From a bacterium (GTDB lineage: Bacteria; UBA10199; 2-02-FULL-44-16; DYJF01): DNA of 26,331 bases. Of the stretch, positions 1 through 8,886 are shown piece after piece. A program made the position numbers and the translations under genes. Under the pieces are notes generated by a model, which had not been told where the DNA came from, ran no database searches, and was given only the letters and a program-made list of their open reading frames with translations. Each line of letters starts with the position of its first letter. The first letter of the stretch is position 1. The stretch covers positions 1 to 26,331 of the forward strand of contig JBGSNL010000066.1 of the NCBI GenBank assembly GCA_041739675.1. The letters run 5' to 3'.

Positions 1-14
1 GTGGAAGTAAAAAC

Positions 15-42
15 AGGTCAAAGGTCAAAGGTGAAAGGTCAA
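15..42 (+). repeat. Heptamer tandem repeat (AGGTCAA)x4, one copy AGGTGAA, just upstream of nuoC
   Basis: Read directly: aggtcaa-aggtcaa-aggtgaa-aggtcaa at 15-42, then aggaaat (probable RBS). Confidence 0.85.
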
Positions 43-50
43 AGGAAATA

Positions 51-527
51 ATGAAAGAAGCGTTAGATAAATTAACGGAAAAGTTTGGAAGTGCGATTTC
101 CGAGACTTCAGACTTTCGCGGAGATGAGTCGTGCGTCGTGAAGCGCGAGAATCTTCTCGATGTCTGTAAGTTCCTTCAGCATGATTTGAAATTCGACATG
201 ATGACGGATCTGTGCGCGGTAGATTATCCGGGCCGCCCTGAACGTTTTGAGATCGTCTATCATTTATATTCAGTGGAGAATGCGAAGAGGCTGCGCATGA
301 AGGTGCGCCTGTCTGAAAACGACGCGGTCATTCCAACTGTTAGTAATATCTGGAAGGCGGCGAACTGGTTCGAGCGCGAGGCGTACGATCTTTTTGGAAT
401 TCACTTCGACGGCCATCCGAACCTGAAAAGAATTTTGTGCCATCATGAATTCGAAGGGCACGCGCTTCGAAAAGATTATCCTAAAAATCGCAGAGGCAAG
501 GTGCCGACGCCCGATCCTCTGGTGTGA
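51..527 (+). CDS. nuoC: NADH-quinone oxidoreductase subunit C
   Basis: Motifs DLCAVDYP, WFEREAYDLFGIHFDGHPNLKRIL, GHALRKDYP; operon position. Confidence 0.97.
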   Translation: MKEALDKLTEKFGSAISETSDFRGDESCVVKRENLLDVCKFLQHDLKFDMMTDLCAVDYPGRPERFEIVYHLYSVENAKRLRMKVRLSENDAVIPTVSNIWKAANWFEREAYDLFGIHFDGHPNLKRILCHHEFEGHALRKDYPKNRRGKVPTPDPLV

Positions 528-531
528 GAAT

Positions 532-1722
532 ATGGAAGAGATTGTAAAAGATATAAAAACCGAGCGCATGTATCTGAATCTGGGGCCGTCGCATCCAGCG
601 ATGCACGGCTGTTTCCGCGTTCTTTTGGAGTTAGACGGCGAGAGAATCGTCAATGCCACGCCTGAGATCGGTTATCTGCATCGCTGTTTTGAAAAAGAAT
701 CCGAATACCACACATACACTCAAGTTATTCCGTACACCGACCGCCTGAACTACGTCTCGCCGCTCATGAACAACGTGGGCTACTGCATGGCGGTGGAAAA
801 GCTGGCGGGAATTGAAATTCCCGAACGCGCAAAATGGATACGCATGCTCATCTGCGAGGCATCGCGCATCATGGATCATCTCGTAGCGGTCTGCACCAAT
901 CTCGTCGATATCGGCGCGCTCACCAACTACTGGTACTTCTTCAACGTGCGCGAGATGATGATCGACTGGGTGGAGGCCTTATGCGGCGCGCGCCTCACCA
1001 CGAACTACACGCGCATCGGGGGCCTCATGCGCGATTGCCCCGAAAATACCGCGTCGCATCTCACAAATTGCCTCAAGGAGCTTCACAAGGCGATAAAAGA
1101 CGTGGAGGGTCTGACGAAGAAAAATAGAATTCTCATCGACCGCACGCGCGGTATAGGAAAAATTTCCCAGGAAGACGCGATAAGCTACGGCTTCACGGGG
1201 CCATGCCTTCGTGCGACGGGCTCAGACTACGACGTCAGGCGCGCCCATCCATACTACTATTATAATGATCTCGATTGGGACATCCCCGTGGGTCTTGAGG
1301 GGGATACCTACGACCGTATTTTTGTGCGGATCGAAGAGATGAAGCAGTCTGCGTATCTGATCGAACAGATTCTCACGCGCATGGAACCCGGACCCATTAT
1401 TGTCGACGACTGGTCGGTGGCGATGCCGCCGAAGCACGCGGTCTACAGCTCGATCGAGGCCACGATGGCGCAGTTCAAGCTCGTGATGGAAGGTTTTTCT
1501 CCTCCGCCCGGCGAGATCTATTCATACACAGAGGCGGCAAACGGCGAGCTGGGATTCTACATTGTGAGTGACGGCAGCCCGAAACCGTATCGCATCAAGG
1601 TGCGTCCGCCGTGCTTTGCAATTTATCAGGCGTATCCCGAACTTGTGAAGGGGCATCTCGTCGCCGACGCGATCGCCATCATGGGGAGCTTGAATATCAT
1701 CGCAGGGGAGCTGGATAGATAA
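532..1722 (+). CDS. nuoD: NADH-quinone oxidoreductase subunit D
   Basis: LNLGPSHPAMHG, IGYLHRCFEK, YTDRLNY, C-terminal GELDR. Start moved from 445 to ATG 532, just after the nuoC stop. Confidence 0.97.
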   Translation: MEEIVKDIKTERMYLNLGPSHPAMHGCFRVLLELDGERIVNATPEIGYLHRCFEKESEYHTYTQVIPYTDRLNYVSPLMNNVGYCMAVEKLAGIEIPERAKWIRMLICEASRIMDHLVAVCTNLVDIGALTNYWYFFNVREMMIDWVEALCGARLTTNYTRIGGLMRDCPENTASHLTNCLKELHKAIKDVEGLTKKNRILIDRTRGIGKISQEDAISYGFTGPCLRATGSDYDVRRAHPYYYYNDLDWDIPVGLEGDTYDRIFVRIEEMKQSAYLIEQILTRMEPGPIIVDDWSVAMPPKHAVYSSIEATMAQFKLVMEGFSPPPGEIYSYTEAANGELGFYIVSDGSPKPYRIKVRPPCFAIYQAYPELVKGHLVADAIAIMGSLNIIAGELDR

Positions 1723-2196
1723 ATGGCATTTTCATTAACAAAAGAGAGGCAGGTAGAGGCGGAAGATGTCCTCAAAAGATATCCTACGAAACGTGCGGCT
1801 CTTTTGCCCGTGCTGTGGCTCGTGCAGGAGCAGACGGGATATGTGCCGGCGGAAGCGGTGGAGTTCGCCGCTAAGTTTTTGGATATCACGACGACCGAAG
1901 TTTGGGGCGTTGTCACATTCTATACAATGTTCAACAGGAAACCTATCGGCCGCCATCACATACAGATTTGCACGAACTTGTGCTGCAAACTCAAAGGTGC
2001 GGACTGGCTTTTGGGATATGTGAAGGAGAAACTTAGCATCAAGGTTGGCGAGACAACGCGCGACAAAAAATTCCAGCTATCGACCGTTGAATGTCTGGGC
2101 TCGTGCGGAACCGCGCCCATGATGCAAATTGATAATGACTATTACGAAAATCTGGATGCGGAGAAAGTTGACAAGATAATTTCGCAACTCAAATGA
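1723..2196 (+). CDS. nuoE: NADH-quinone oxidoreductase subunit E
   Basis: VVTFYTMF; 2Fe-2S ligands ICTNLCC and ECLGSCGTAP. Confidence 0.96.
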   Translation: MAFSLTKERQVEAEDVLKRYPTKRAALLPVLWLVQEQTGYVPAEAVEFAAKFLDITTTEVWGVVTFYTMFNRKPIGRHHIQICTNLCCKLKGADWLLGYVKEKLSIKVGETTRDKKFQLSTVECLGSCGTAPMMQIDNDYYENLDAEKVDKIISQLK

Positions 2197-3431
2197 AAAA
2201 AGTTCTGACGAAAAATTTCGATATCCCAGATTCGCACACGCTGAAGGTCGCGCGCGCGAACGGCGCATACGCATCCCTTGATAAGCTCTTCAAGATGAAG
2301 CCGGAAGATGTCATAGAAGAGGTCAAGAAATCGGGCCTCAGAGGGCGCGGCGGCGCGGGATTTTCCACCGGCATGAAGTGGGGCTTCATACCGAAAAATA
2401 CAGACAAGCCGGTCTATCTTGTCGTCAATTCAGACGAGAGCGAGCCGGGCACGTTCAAGGACCGCGCAATTCTGGAAAAAGATCCCCATCTTTTGATCGA
2501 AGGGATAATAATCGCCGCCCGCGCGATAAATTCACGCACGGTTTACGTCTATTTCCGCGGCGAATATTACAGACAGTGGGAGAGATTTTTTGGCGCGCTC
2601 AAAGAGGCGAAAGATGCGGGCCTGATTGGTAACGATCTCCAGATCCACACACACCGCGGGGCGGGCGCATACATCTGCGGCGAGGAGACGGCACTTTTAA
2701 ATTCAATCGAAGGCTGGCGCGGCTGGCCGCGCATCAGGCCCCCCTTTCCGGCGATTGCAGGTCTCTTCGGTTGTCCCACGATCGTCAACAACGTCGAAAC
2801 GCTCGCATCGCTTCCATTCATCATGAACGAAGGGGCTGCTGCTTACGCAGCCATGGGAACTGAAAAGAGCAAAGGCACAAAACTCATAAGCGTTTGCGGT
2901 CACGTCAAGAAACCGGGCGTTTATGAGATCGAGCTTGGGCTGCCGATCGCGAAATTCCTGGTGGAATACGCCGGCGGAACAATAGAGGAGCGGCCGCTCA
3001 AGGCTGTGATACCGGGCGGATCGTCTGTGCCTGTGTTGACTGCCGCCGAAGCGTTGGGCGGTTGCCTCTCATATGAAGCGTGCGAGAAGGCTGGCACGAT
3101 GCTTGGCTCCGGCGGCATGATAGTCATAGACGAGAGTGCTTGCGTCGTGAGGTGCTTGGCCGACATTGCTAAATTTTACCATCATGAATCGTGCGGGCAG
3201 TGCACGCCCTGCCGCGAAGGGTGCGGATGGATAAAAAAGATCTGCGATCGCATCGAGGCTGGTGACGGAAGAGACGGCGATCTGGAGCTCATGCTTTCAA
3301 TTGCCGACAACATGCAGGGCAAGACGATCTGCGTCTTTGCCGACGCGCTTGCGATGCCCGTAAAATCTTTTGTGACGAAATTCAGATCCGATTTTGAAGA
3401 GCACATGAGGCTGGGAAGATGCCCAAAGTAA
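2193..3431 (+). CDS. nuoF: NADH-quinone oxidoreductase subunit F
   Basis: GLRGRGGAGF, DESEPGTFKDR, GAGAYICGEETAL, ESCGQCTPCREG; ATGA overlap with nuoE. Confidence 0.97.
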   Translation: MKKVLTKNFDIPDSHTLKVARANGAYASLDKLFKMKPEDVIEEVKKSGLRGRGGAGFSTGMKWGFIPKNTDKPVYLVVNSDESEPGTFKDRAILEKDPHLLIEGIIIAARAINSRTVYVYFRGEYYRQWERFFGALKEAKDAGLIGNDLQIHTHRGAGAYICGEETALLNSIEGWRGWPRIRPPFPAIAGLFGCPTIVNNVETLASLPFIMNEGAAAYAAMGTEKSKGTKLISVCGHVKKPGVYEIELGLPIAKFLVEYAGGTIEERPLKAVIPGGSSVPVLTAAEALGGCLSYEACEKAGTMLGSGGMIVIDESACVVRCLADIAKFYHHESCGQCTPCREGCGWIKKICDRIEAGDGRDGDLELMLSIADNMQGKTICVFADALAMPVKSFVTKFRSDFEEHMRLGRCPK

Positions 3432-4831
3432 CGATAGACGGAAAAATTGCGGAAGTGGAAGAGGGGACAACTATCCTTGAGGCGGCAAAGCGCATCGGGA
3501 TAAAAATTCCCCACTTCTGCTACCATCCATATCTCACGATAGCGGGCAACTGCCGTATGTGTTCCGTAGAGGTGGAAGGCCAGGCAAAACCCGTGATTTC
3601 ATGCCGCGAGCCGGTGAAAGACGGCATGATCGTGAAAACAAATTCGCCGATGGCTGTTGAGGTGAGAAAATCGGTGCTTGAATTCATCCTCATCAATCAT
3701 CCTGTCGATTGCCCGGTCTGCGATCAGTCTGGAGAATGCGATCTGCAGGATTACTATTTTGCCCATTCGCGCGCACCTTCACGTCTCACGGATGAGAAGG
3801 TCCACAAAGTGAAGGCTAAAAAAATCGGACCCAACGTCATGCTCGATGCCGAGCGCTGCGTTGAGTGCACAAGGTGCGTAAGGTTCTGTCAGGAAATTGC
3901 GAAAACAAACGAGATGACGATAACCGAGCGCAGCGATCATTCCGAAATTGCGATATATAATGGAAGAGAAATAACGAACGCCTACTCTCTGTGCGCGGTT
4001 GATATTTGCCCGGTGGGTGCTCTCACGAGCGCCGATTTCCGTTTCAAAAAGCGCGTCTGGTTTTTGAAATCGACCCCGTCGGTTTGCAACCACTGCGCCA
4101 CCGCATGCAATATTTTCATAGACCACACGGATCACACCGTGTACCGCTACCGCCCGCGCGAGAACAAAGAGGTGAACGGCGCATGGATGTGCGACGCGGG
4201 CGCGCTGTCATATAAAAGGATAAATGCAGAAGATCGCGTTCTCTTTCCGATGATAGGAAAAGACGGCGAGATGGCCCGCACGTCATGGGATGAGGCGCTC
4301 GCGAACGTCGCCGACGTCATGAAGATCGTGGAGCCGGAGGAGATCGCCGTCATTTTATCCGCGCAAGCGAGTTGCGAAGAGAATGAATCGGTCGCGGGGT
4401 TTTTCCGCGATACTGTCAAGACGCCCAATATCTTCTGGAGCGGGGCGGATGCGGATCCAAGCTTCGCCGACAATATACTCAAAGATGCGGACAGGAATCC
4501 GAACGAAAGTGGCGTTAGAACCCTGACTGATAAGCGAATAGATGGCGCTCCCAGGGCGAAGATTTATTTCATCATGGACGGCGTCACTGAAAAAGAGTTG
4601 ATGCGCATCGTGGAGACGAAACCCAAAGGGATCGTTTTGATCGCCAGCCATTATGGCAGCCATCAGCACTATCCGGACGTCATTTTGCCCAAGGCGACAT
4701 TTGCGGAACAGAGCGGAACTTTTGTGAATCGCAAGGGCATTAGGCAAAAATTTGAAAAGGCGATCGAACCGCGTGGCGAATCGCTTTCGGCGGTGGATAT
4801 CATCGCACGCTTGAGAACTATATATAAATGA
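3419..4831 (+). CDS. nuoG: NADH-quinone oxidoreductase subunit G, short form (470 aa)
   Basis: FCYHPYL..AGNCRMC, HPVDCPVCDQSGEC, RCVECTRCVRFC..CPVGAL, CNHCATAC..C; C-terminal FAEQSGTFVN. Confidence 0.93.
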   Translation: MPKVTIDGKIAEVEEGTTILEAAKRIGIKIPHFCYHPYLTIAGNCRMCSVEVEGQAKPVISCREPVKDGMIVKTNSPMAVEVRKSVLEFILINHPVDCPVCDQSGECDLQDYYFAHSRAPSRLTDEKVHKVKAKKIGPNVMLDAERCVECTRCVRFCQEIAKTNEMTITERSDHSEIAIYNGREITNAYSLCAVDICPVGALTSADFRFKKRVWFLKSTPSVCNHCATACNIFIDHTDHTVYRYRPRENKEVNGAWMCDAGALSYKRINAEDRVLFPMIGKDGEMARTSWDEALANVADVMKIVEPEEIAVILSAQASCEENESVAGFFRDTVKTPNIFWSGADADPSFADNILKDADRNPNESGVRTLTDKRIDGAPRAKIYFIMDGVTEKELMRIVETKPKGIVLIASHYGSHQHYPDVILPKATFAEQSGTFVNRKGIRQKFEKAIEPRGESLSAVDIIARLRTIYK

Positions 4832-6096
4832 TACCGTTCATCGTCATAGCAGCGCTCAAAGTCGTTTTCATCTTCGGGGTGATACTTTCCCTGGTGCCCG
4901 TTCTCATCTGGATGGAGCGCAAAGGCGCGGCCTACATTCAGGACAGGCGCGGCCCCAACCGCGCTTCGATATTGGGCATCCGCATGGGGGGAGTCATCCA
5001 CAGCCTCGCCGATGCGCTCAAACTCTTCACGAAAGAGGAGATAGCGGCAAGCTCTGTTTCGAAGCCGATCTTCTACATTGCGCCGATGATCGCCTTCTTT
5101 GTGGCGATTGTCATCGTGGGCGTCGTTCCTTTTGCTGAGCCGGTGGCGATAGCGGGCTACGAATTCACGCTGCAAATTGCGGATCTCAACGCCGGTCTCA
5201 TCTACGTCTTTGCGATGTCCTCCATCGGAGTCTATGCGCTTCTCATGGCCGGCTGGTCGGCGGCCGGGAAATATTCAATGCTGGGCGCTCTCAGGGCCGC
5301 GGCACAGATGATAAGCTACGAAGTGGCGCTGGGGCTCTCAGTTGTCGCGATCTTTCTGCTCTCCGGCTCTTTGAGGCTCCAGGATATCGTCTTCGATCAG
5401 GGCGCGCTCGTCTGGCACTGGAACGCCGTGCGTCAGCCGCTGGCGTTCGTCCTTTTCATCGCAGCGCTCTTTGCAGAGACCAACCGTCTCCCGTTCGATC
5501 TGCCGGAAGGGGAATCGGAATTGGTCGCTGGTTATCACACAGAATATTCCAGCATGCGCTTTGCCCTTTTCTTCATGGGTGAATACACGCACATCGCAGT
5601 CGGCTCTCTTATCATCGCAACGCTCTTTTTCGGCGGCTGGCAATTTCCCTTCATAGACGCATCGATCATAAGGGAAAACATAAACAACATAATAATTTTT
5701 GGCTGGCCCGTAGCGGGCATCATGGCCCTGATATTCGGCTGGTGGCTGACAACGAAATTCAGAAGGCGATACAAAGATTTGAGGGATTTCGAGCCGCTCG
5801 TGTGGGGAGTGCCCATCATGCTCTTTGCGGTTTTGCTCTTCATCTCGTGGGCGGGCTTAATCAGCCGCGGATATTTGGACAGCATCCCGGCCGAGGTCGG
5901 CGATATAGCCGTATTTTTGATCCAGATGGGCACGCTGCTTGCCAAAGCGATCTTCTTCTGCGCAGTCTTCATCTGGGTGCGCTGGACTTTGCCCCGTTTC
6001 AGATACGATCAGCTCATGAACCTGGGTTGGAAGGTCATGGTGCCGCTGGGAGTTGCTAATGTCGCGGCTACGGCTGCGGTGATGGCATTTTACTAA
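4828..6096 (+). CDS. nuoH: NADH-quinone oxidoreductase subunit H (422 aa, internal insertion)
   Basis: WMERK, ADALKLFTKE, AETNRLPFDLPEGESELVAGYHTEYS, PRFRYDQLM. Confidence 0.96.
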   Translation: MIPFIVIAALKVVFIFGVILSLVPVLIWMERKGAAYIQDRRGPNRASILGIRMGGVIHSLADALKLFTKEEIAASSVSKPIFYIAPMIAFFVAIVIVGVVPFAEPVAIAGYEFTLQIADLNAGLIYVFAMSSIGVYALLMAGWSAAGKYSMLGALRAAAQMISYEVALGLSVVAIFLLSGSLRLQDIVFDQGALVWHWNAVRQPLAFVLFIAALFAETNRLPFDLPEGESELVAGYHTEYSSMRFALFFMGEYTHIAVGSLIIATLFFGGWQFPFIDASIIRENINNIIIFGWPVAGIMALIFGWWLTTKFRRRYKDLRDFEPLVWGVPIMLFAVLLFISWAGLISRGYLDSIPAEVGDIAVFLIQMGTLLAKAIFFCAVFIWVRWTLPRFRYDQLMNLGWKVMVPLGVANVAATAAVMAFY

Positions 6097-6097
6097 T

Positions 6098-6595
6098 ATG
6101 ATGGAAGCGATTCTATTCTACATCCTGGCATCGGTTGCGGTGATTGCGGCTCTCCTTGTGATCACAAGGGCGAACCCCATCTCGTCCGCGCTCATGTTAG
6201 TTGTCTGTTTTCTGGCGAGTGCCGGAATCTTTGCGATGCTGGGCGCCACATTTTTGGCGGTGCTGCAGGTGCTCCTCTACGCAGGCGCGATCATGGTCCT
6301 TTTCGTCTTTGTGATAATGCTCATTCAAACGGACCCGAAGGATCTTAAAAAACGGCAGATGACGTTCGGCAAACTTTTGGGCGCCGCCGCGGCCGTCTAT
6401 CTCGCAATCGTTTTGGGGATTGCGGTGTGGCGTCCGCCTTTCATAGCGGCGCCGCAAGCGGGTGAGGCGTTTCTGACGCCTTCAACCATCGGGCACCAGC
6501 TTTTGACGACATACGTTCTCCCATTTGAAATTTTATCCGTGCTCCTTTTGATCGCGATCATAGGGGCGGTTGTCCTGGCGAAGAAAAAAATATGA
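6098..6595 (+). CDS. nuoJ: NADH-quinone oxidoreductase subunit J
   Basis: [38 protein letters not shown]; start may be 6101. Confidence 0.95.
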   Translation: MMEAILFYILASVAVIAALLVITRANPISSALMLVVCFLASAGIFAMLGATFLAVLQVLLYAGAIMVLFVFVIMLIQTDPKDLKKRQMTFGKLLGAAAAVYLAIVLGIAVWRPPFIAAPQAGEAFLTPSTIGHQLLTTYVLPFEILSVLLLIAIIGAVVLAKKKI

Positions 6596-6897
6596 TGATA
6601 ACGGTCCATCATTACCTTTTGCTCTCAATTGCGCTCTTTGTGATAGGCGCGATAGGCGTTGTCACCCGCAGAAACGCGCTCATCATCTTCATGTCGATCG
6701 AACTCATGCTCAACGCGGTCAATATCGCGTTTCTGGCATTCGCGCGCTGGAACCTTTTGATCGAAGGCAAGATGATAGTCCTTTTCGTGCTTGCGGTCGC
6801 CGCTGCGGAAGCAGCTGTCGGATTGGGAATCGTCATATCTATATATAGAAACAGGCAGACTGTTTACGTTGATGAGATGAGGCTCTTGAAAGGATAG
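6592..6897 (+). CDS. nuoK: NADH-quinone oxidoreductase subunit K
   Basis: [21 protein letters not shown]; about 100 aa with three hydrophobic segments; start may be 6595. Confidence 0.96.
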   Translation: MMITVHHYLLLSIALFVIGAIGVVTRRNALIIFMSIELMLNAVNIAFLAFARWNLLIEGKMIVLFVLAVAAAEAAVGLGIVISIYRNRQTVYVDEMRLLKG

Positions 6898-8883
6898 ATG
6901 CTCGACACACTTTATCAATATATTTCAATTCAGACGCTCGCGTGGCTGATTGTCGCTCTGCCGCTTATAGGCGCCGCGCTCAACGCGCTGATTGCCGTCG
7001 GCACTGCAAAGAGGGAGATGGGCAGCTACCGTTCGCTCGTATCTTTCATCGGCGTTGTGATGCCGATGCTCGCTTTTGCCGCCGCCGCCGCGATTTTCGT
7101 CACAATGACTTCTTTTGAAAGCACAGATCCCTCTTTCATCACGGGGCCGCTCTTCCAGTGGGCCGTCACAAAGGGGCTCGTCATCGACATCGGCCTCAAG
7201 ATGGATCAGCTCTCAATCGTGATGGCGCTAATGGTCACGGGTGTCGGCTCTCTCATTCATTTATATTCAGTGGGCTATATGGGCCACGACGAAGGATACG
7301 CAAGATATTTCGCAGAGCTCAACTTGTTCCTCTTTTTCATGCTTACGCTTGTCCTGGCCGACAATCTCGTTCTCATGTTCGTCGGCTGGGAAGGGGTGGG
7401 GCTCTGTTCGTATCTCCTCATAGGTTTCTGGTTCGAGGATATCGCAAAGGCGCGCGCAGGCACCAAGGCCTTCATCGTCAACCGCATCGGAGACGCGTTC
7501 TTTCTTGCGGGCATGTTTTTGATCTATGCGGTCATGGCCTCCGCAAACGCTCCGGTGAATGCGGGCTATTTCAATTTCGAGATGATGAGCCGCTACAACG
7601 CGTACTTTGTCCCGATGGCGGGTATCATCTCGCTTCTGCTTTTCGGCGGCGCTGTAGGAAAATCGGCGCAGATTCCTCTGTATGTGTGGCTCCCCGACGC
7701 GATGGCGGGCCCGACACCCGTTTCGGCTTTGATCCACGCCGCCACCATGGTGACAGCCGGCGTCTATATGGTGGTGAGGCTCAATTTCATCTTCGCACTT
7801 TCGCCTTTTGCCCTGAGCGTAGTTGCAAGCGTGGGAGCGGCGACCGCGCTTTACGCGGCGACGATGGGTCTCACGCAAACAGACATCAAAAAGATTCTCG
7901 CCTATTCCACAATCTCGCAGCTTGGCTACATGTTCATGGCGGCGGGAGTCGGCGCGTTCTCGGCGGCGATAGGCCATCTCATCACGCACGCGTTCTTCAA
8001 AGCGCTTCTCTTCTTGTGTGCGGGCAGCGTTATACACGCCATGGCGGGCGAGCAGGATATAAGAAAGATGGGAGGGCTCCGCTACAGGATGCCCGTCACA
8101 TGCTGGACGTTTGTCATAGCGGCGCTTGCAATCGCCGGGATCGCGCCCGCGGCCGGCTTTTTCAGCAAGGATGCGATCTTGTGGCAGGCGTTCGAACGCG
8201 GACAGTACGTCTTGTGGACGGTGGGCTTCATCGCCGCCGGCATGACGGCATTCTACATCTTCCGCGCGGTCGGCATGGTCTTCTTCGGGGAGAGCAACGT
8301 CCCGCCCGAGCGCTACAAAAAAGTTCACGAATCGCCCACATCGATGGCGATGCCGCTCATCATCCTAGCATTTTTATCCCTTCTGGGCGGTCTCATCACC
8401 GTCCCGCATGTGCTGGGGGGGACTGACAGGCTGGGGACGTGGCTCTCAAAACTCATAGCATATGAAACGAGCCACGCGCCCGGCGAGGAATCGAAAGCCA
8501 CCGAGATAGTGGTGATGGTCATTACACTTTTGTGGTCCATTCACTTCATGGTTCTGGGCTGGGTCATCTACGCGCAGAAGAGAGAGTGGCCCAACGCCGT
8601 GGCGCAGAAATTCGGGTTTGTCTACACGCTTGTCGCCAACAAATATTATGTCGATGAAATTTACGACTTTCTGATCGTGCGGCCGCTTAACTGGATATCC
8701 ACAAAGATACTGTGGCAGACGATAGACGACACGTTTGTAGACGGGCTTGCGGTCCACGGCACGGCAAGAACCGTCGGAGTCTGGGCAAATATAGTCTCGA
8801 TGGCCGAAACGGGCGTGCTGCAGCAGTATCTATTATATTTCTTAATCGGCGCGGTGGTAGTTGTCGGCTATCTGGCGCTCTAA
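6898..8883 (+). CDS. nuoL: NADH-quinone oxidoreductase subunit L
   Basis: GWEGVGLCSYLLIGFW, NRIGD, GKSAQIPLYVWLPDAMAGPTPVSALIHAATMV, HAFFKALLFL. Confidence 0.97.
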   Translation: MLDTLYQYISIQTLAWLIVALPLIGAALNALIAVGTAKREMGSYRSLVSFIGVVMPMLAFAAAAAIFVTMTSFESTDPSFITGPLFQWAVTKGLVIDIGLKMDQLSIVMALMVTGVGSLIHLYSVGYMGHDEGYARYFAELNLFLFFMLTLVLADNLVLMFVGWEGVGLCSYLLIGFWFEDIAKARAGTKAFIVNRIGDAFFLAGMFLIYAVMASANAPVNAGYFNFEMMSRYNAYFVPMAGIISLLLFGGAVGKSAQIPLYVWLPDAMAGPTPVSALIHAATMVTAGVYMVVRLNFIFALSPFALSVVASVGAATALYAATMGLTQTDIKKILAYSTISQLGYMFMAAGVGAFSAAIGHLITHAFFKALLFLCAGSVIHAMAGEQDIRKMGGLRYRMPVTCWTFVIAALAIAGIAPAAGFFSKDAILWQAFERGQYVLWTVGFIAAGMTAFYIFRAVGMVFFGESNVPPERYKKVHESPTSMAMPLIILAFLSLLGGLITVPHVLGGTDRLGTWLSKLIAYETSHAPGEESKATEIVVMVITLLWSIHFMVLGWVIYAQKREWPNAVAQKFGFVYTLVANKYYVDEIYDFLIVRPLNWISTKILWQTIDDTFVDGLAVHGTARTVGVWANIVSMAETGVLQQYLLYFLIGAVVVVGYLAL

Positions 8884-8886
8884 TTT

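Noticed and set aside
1..10. Possible 3' end of nuoB (TGG AAG TAA)
   Set aside because: Plausible from gene order, but 10 bases cannot support a call.
1061..1070. Partial ORF6N core matches: TCACAAATTG in nuoD and TCACAAATTGT at 24671-24681
   Set aside because: No extended symmetric arms; inside ordinary coding sequence; likely chance.
7158..8426. Long alternative ORFs over nuoL (7158-8426 +, 7267-8328 -) and similar shadows over other genes
   Set aside because: Arg/His/Gly-rich translations expected from GC-biased codons; no motifs.
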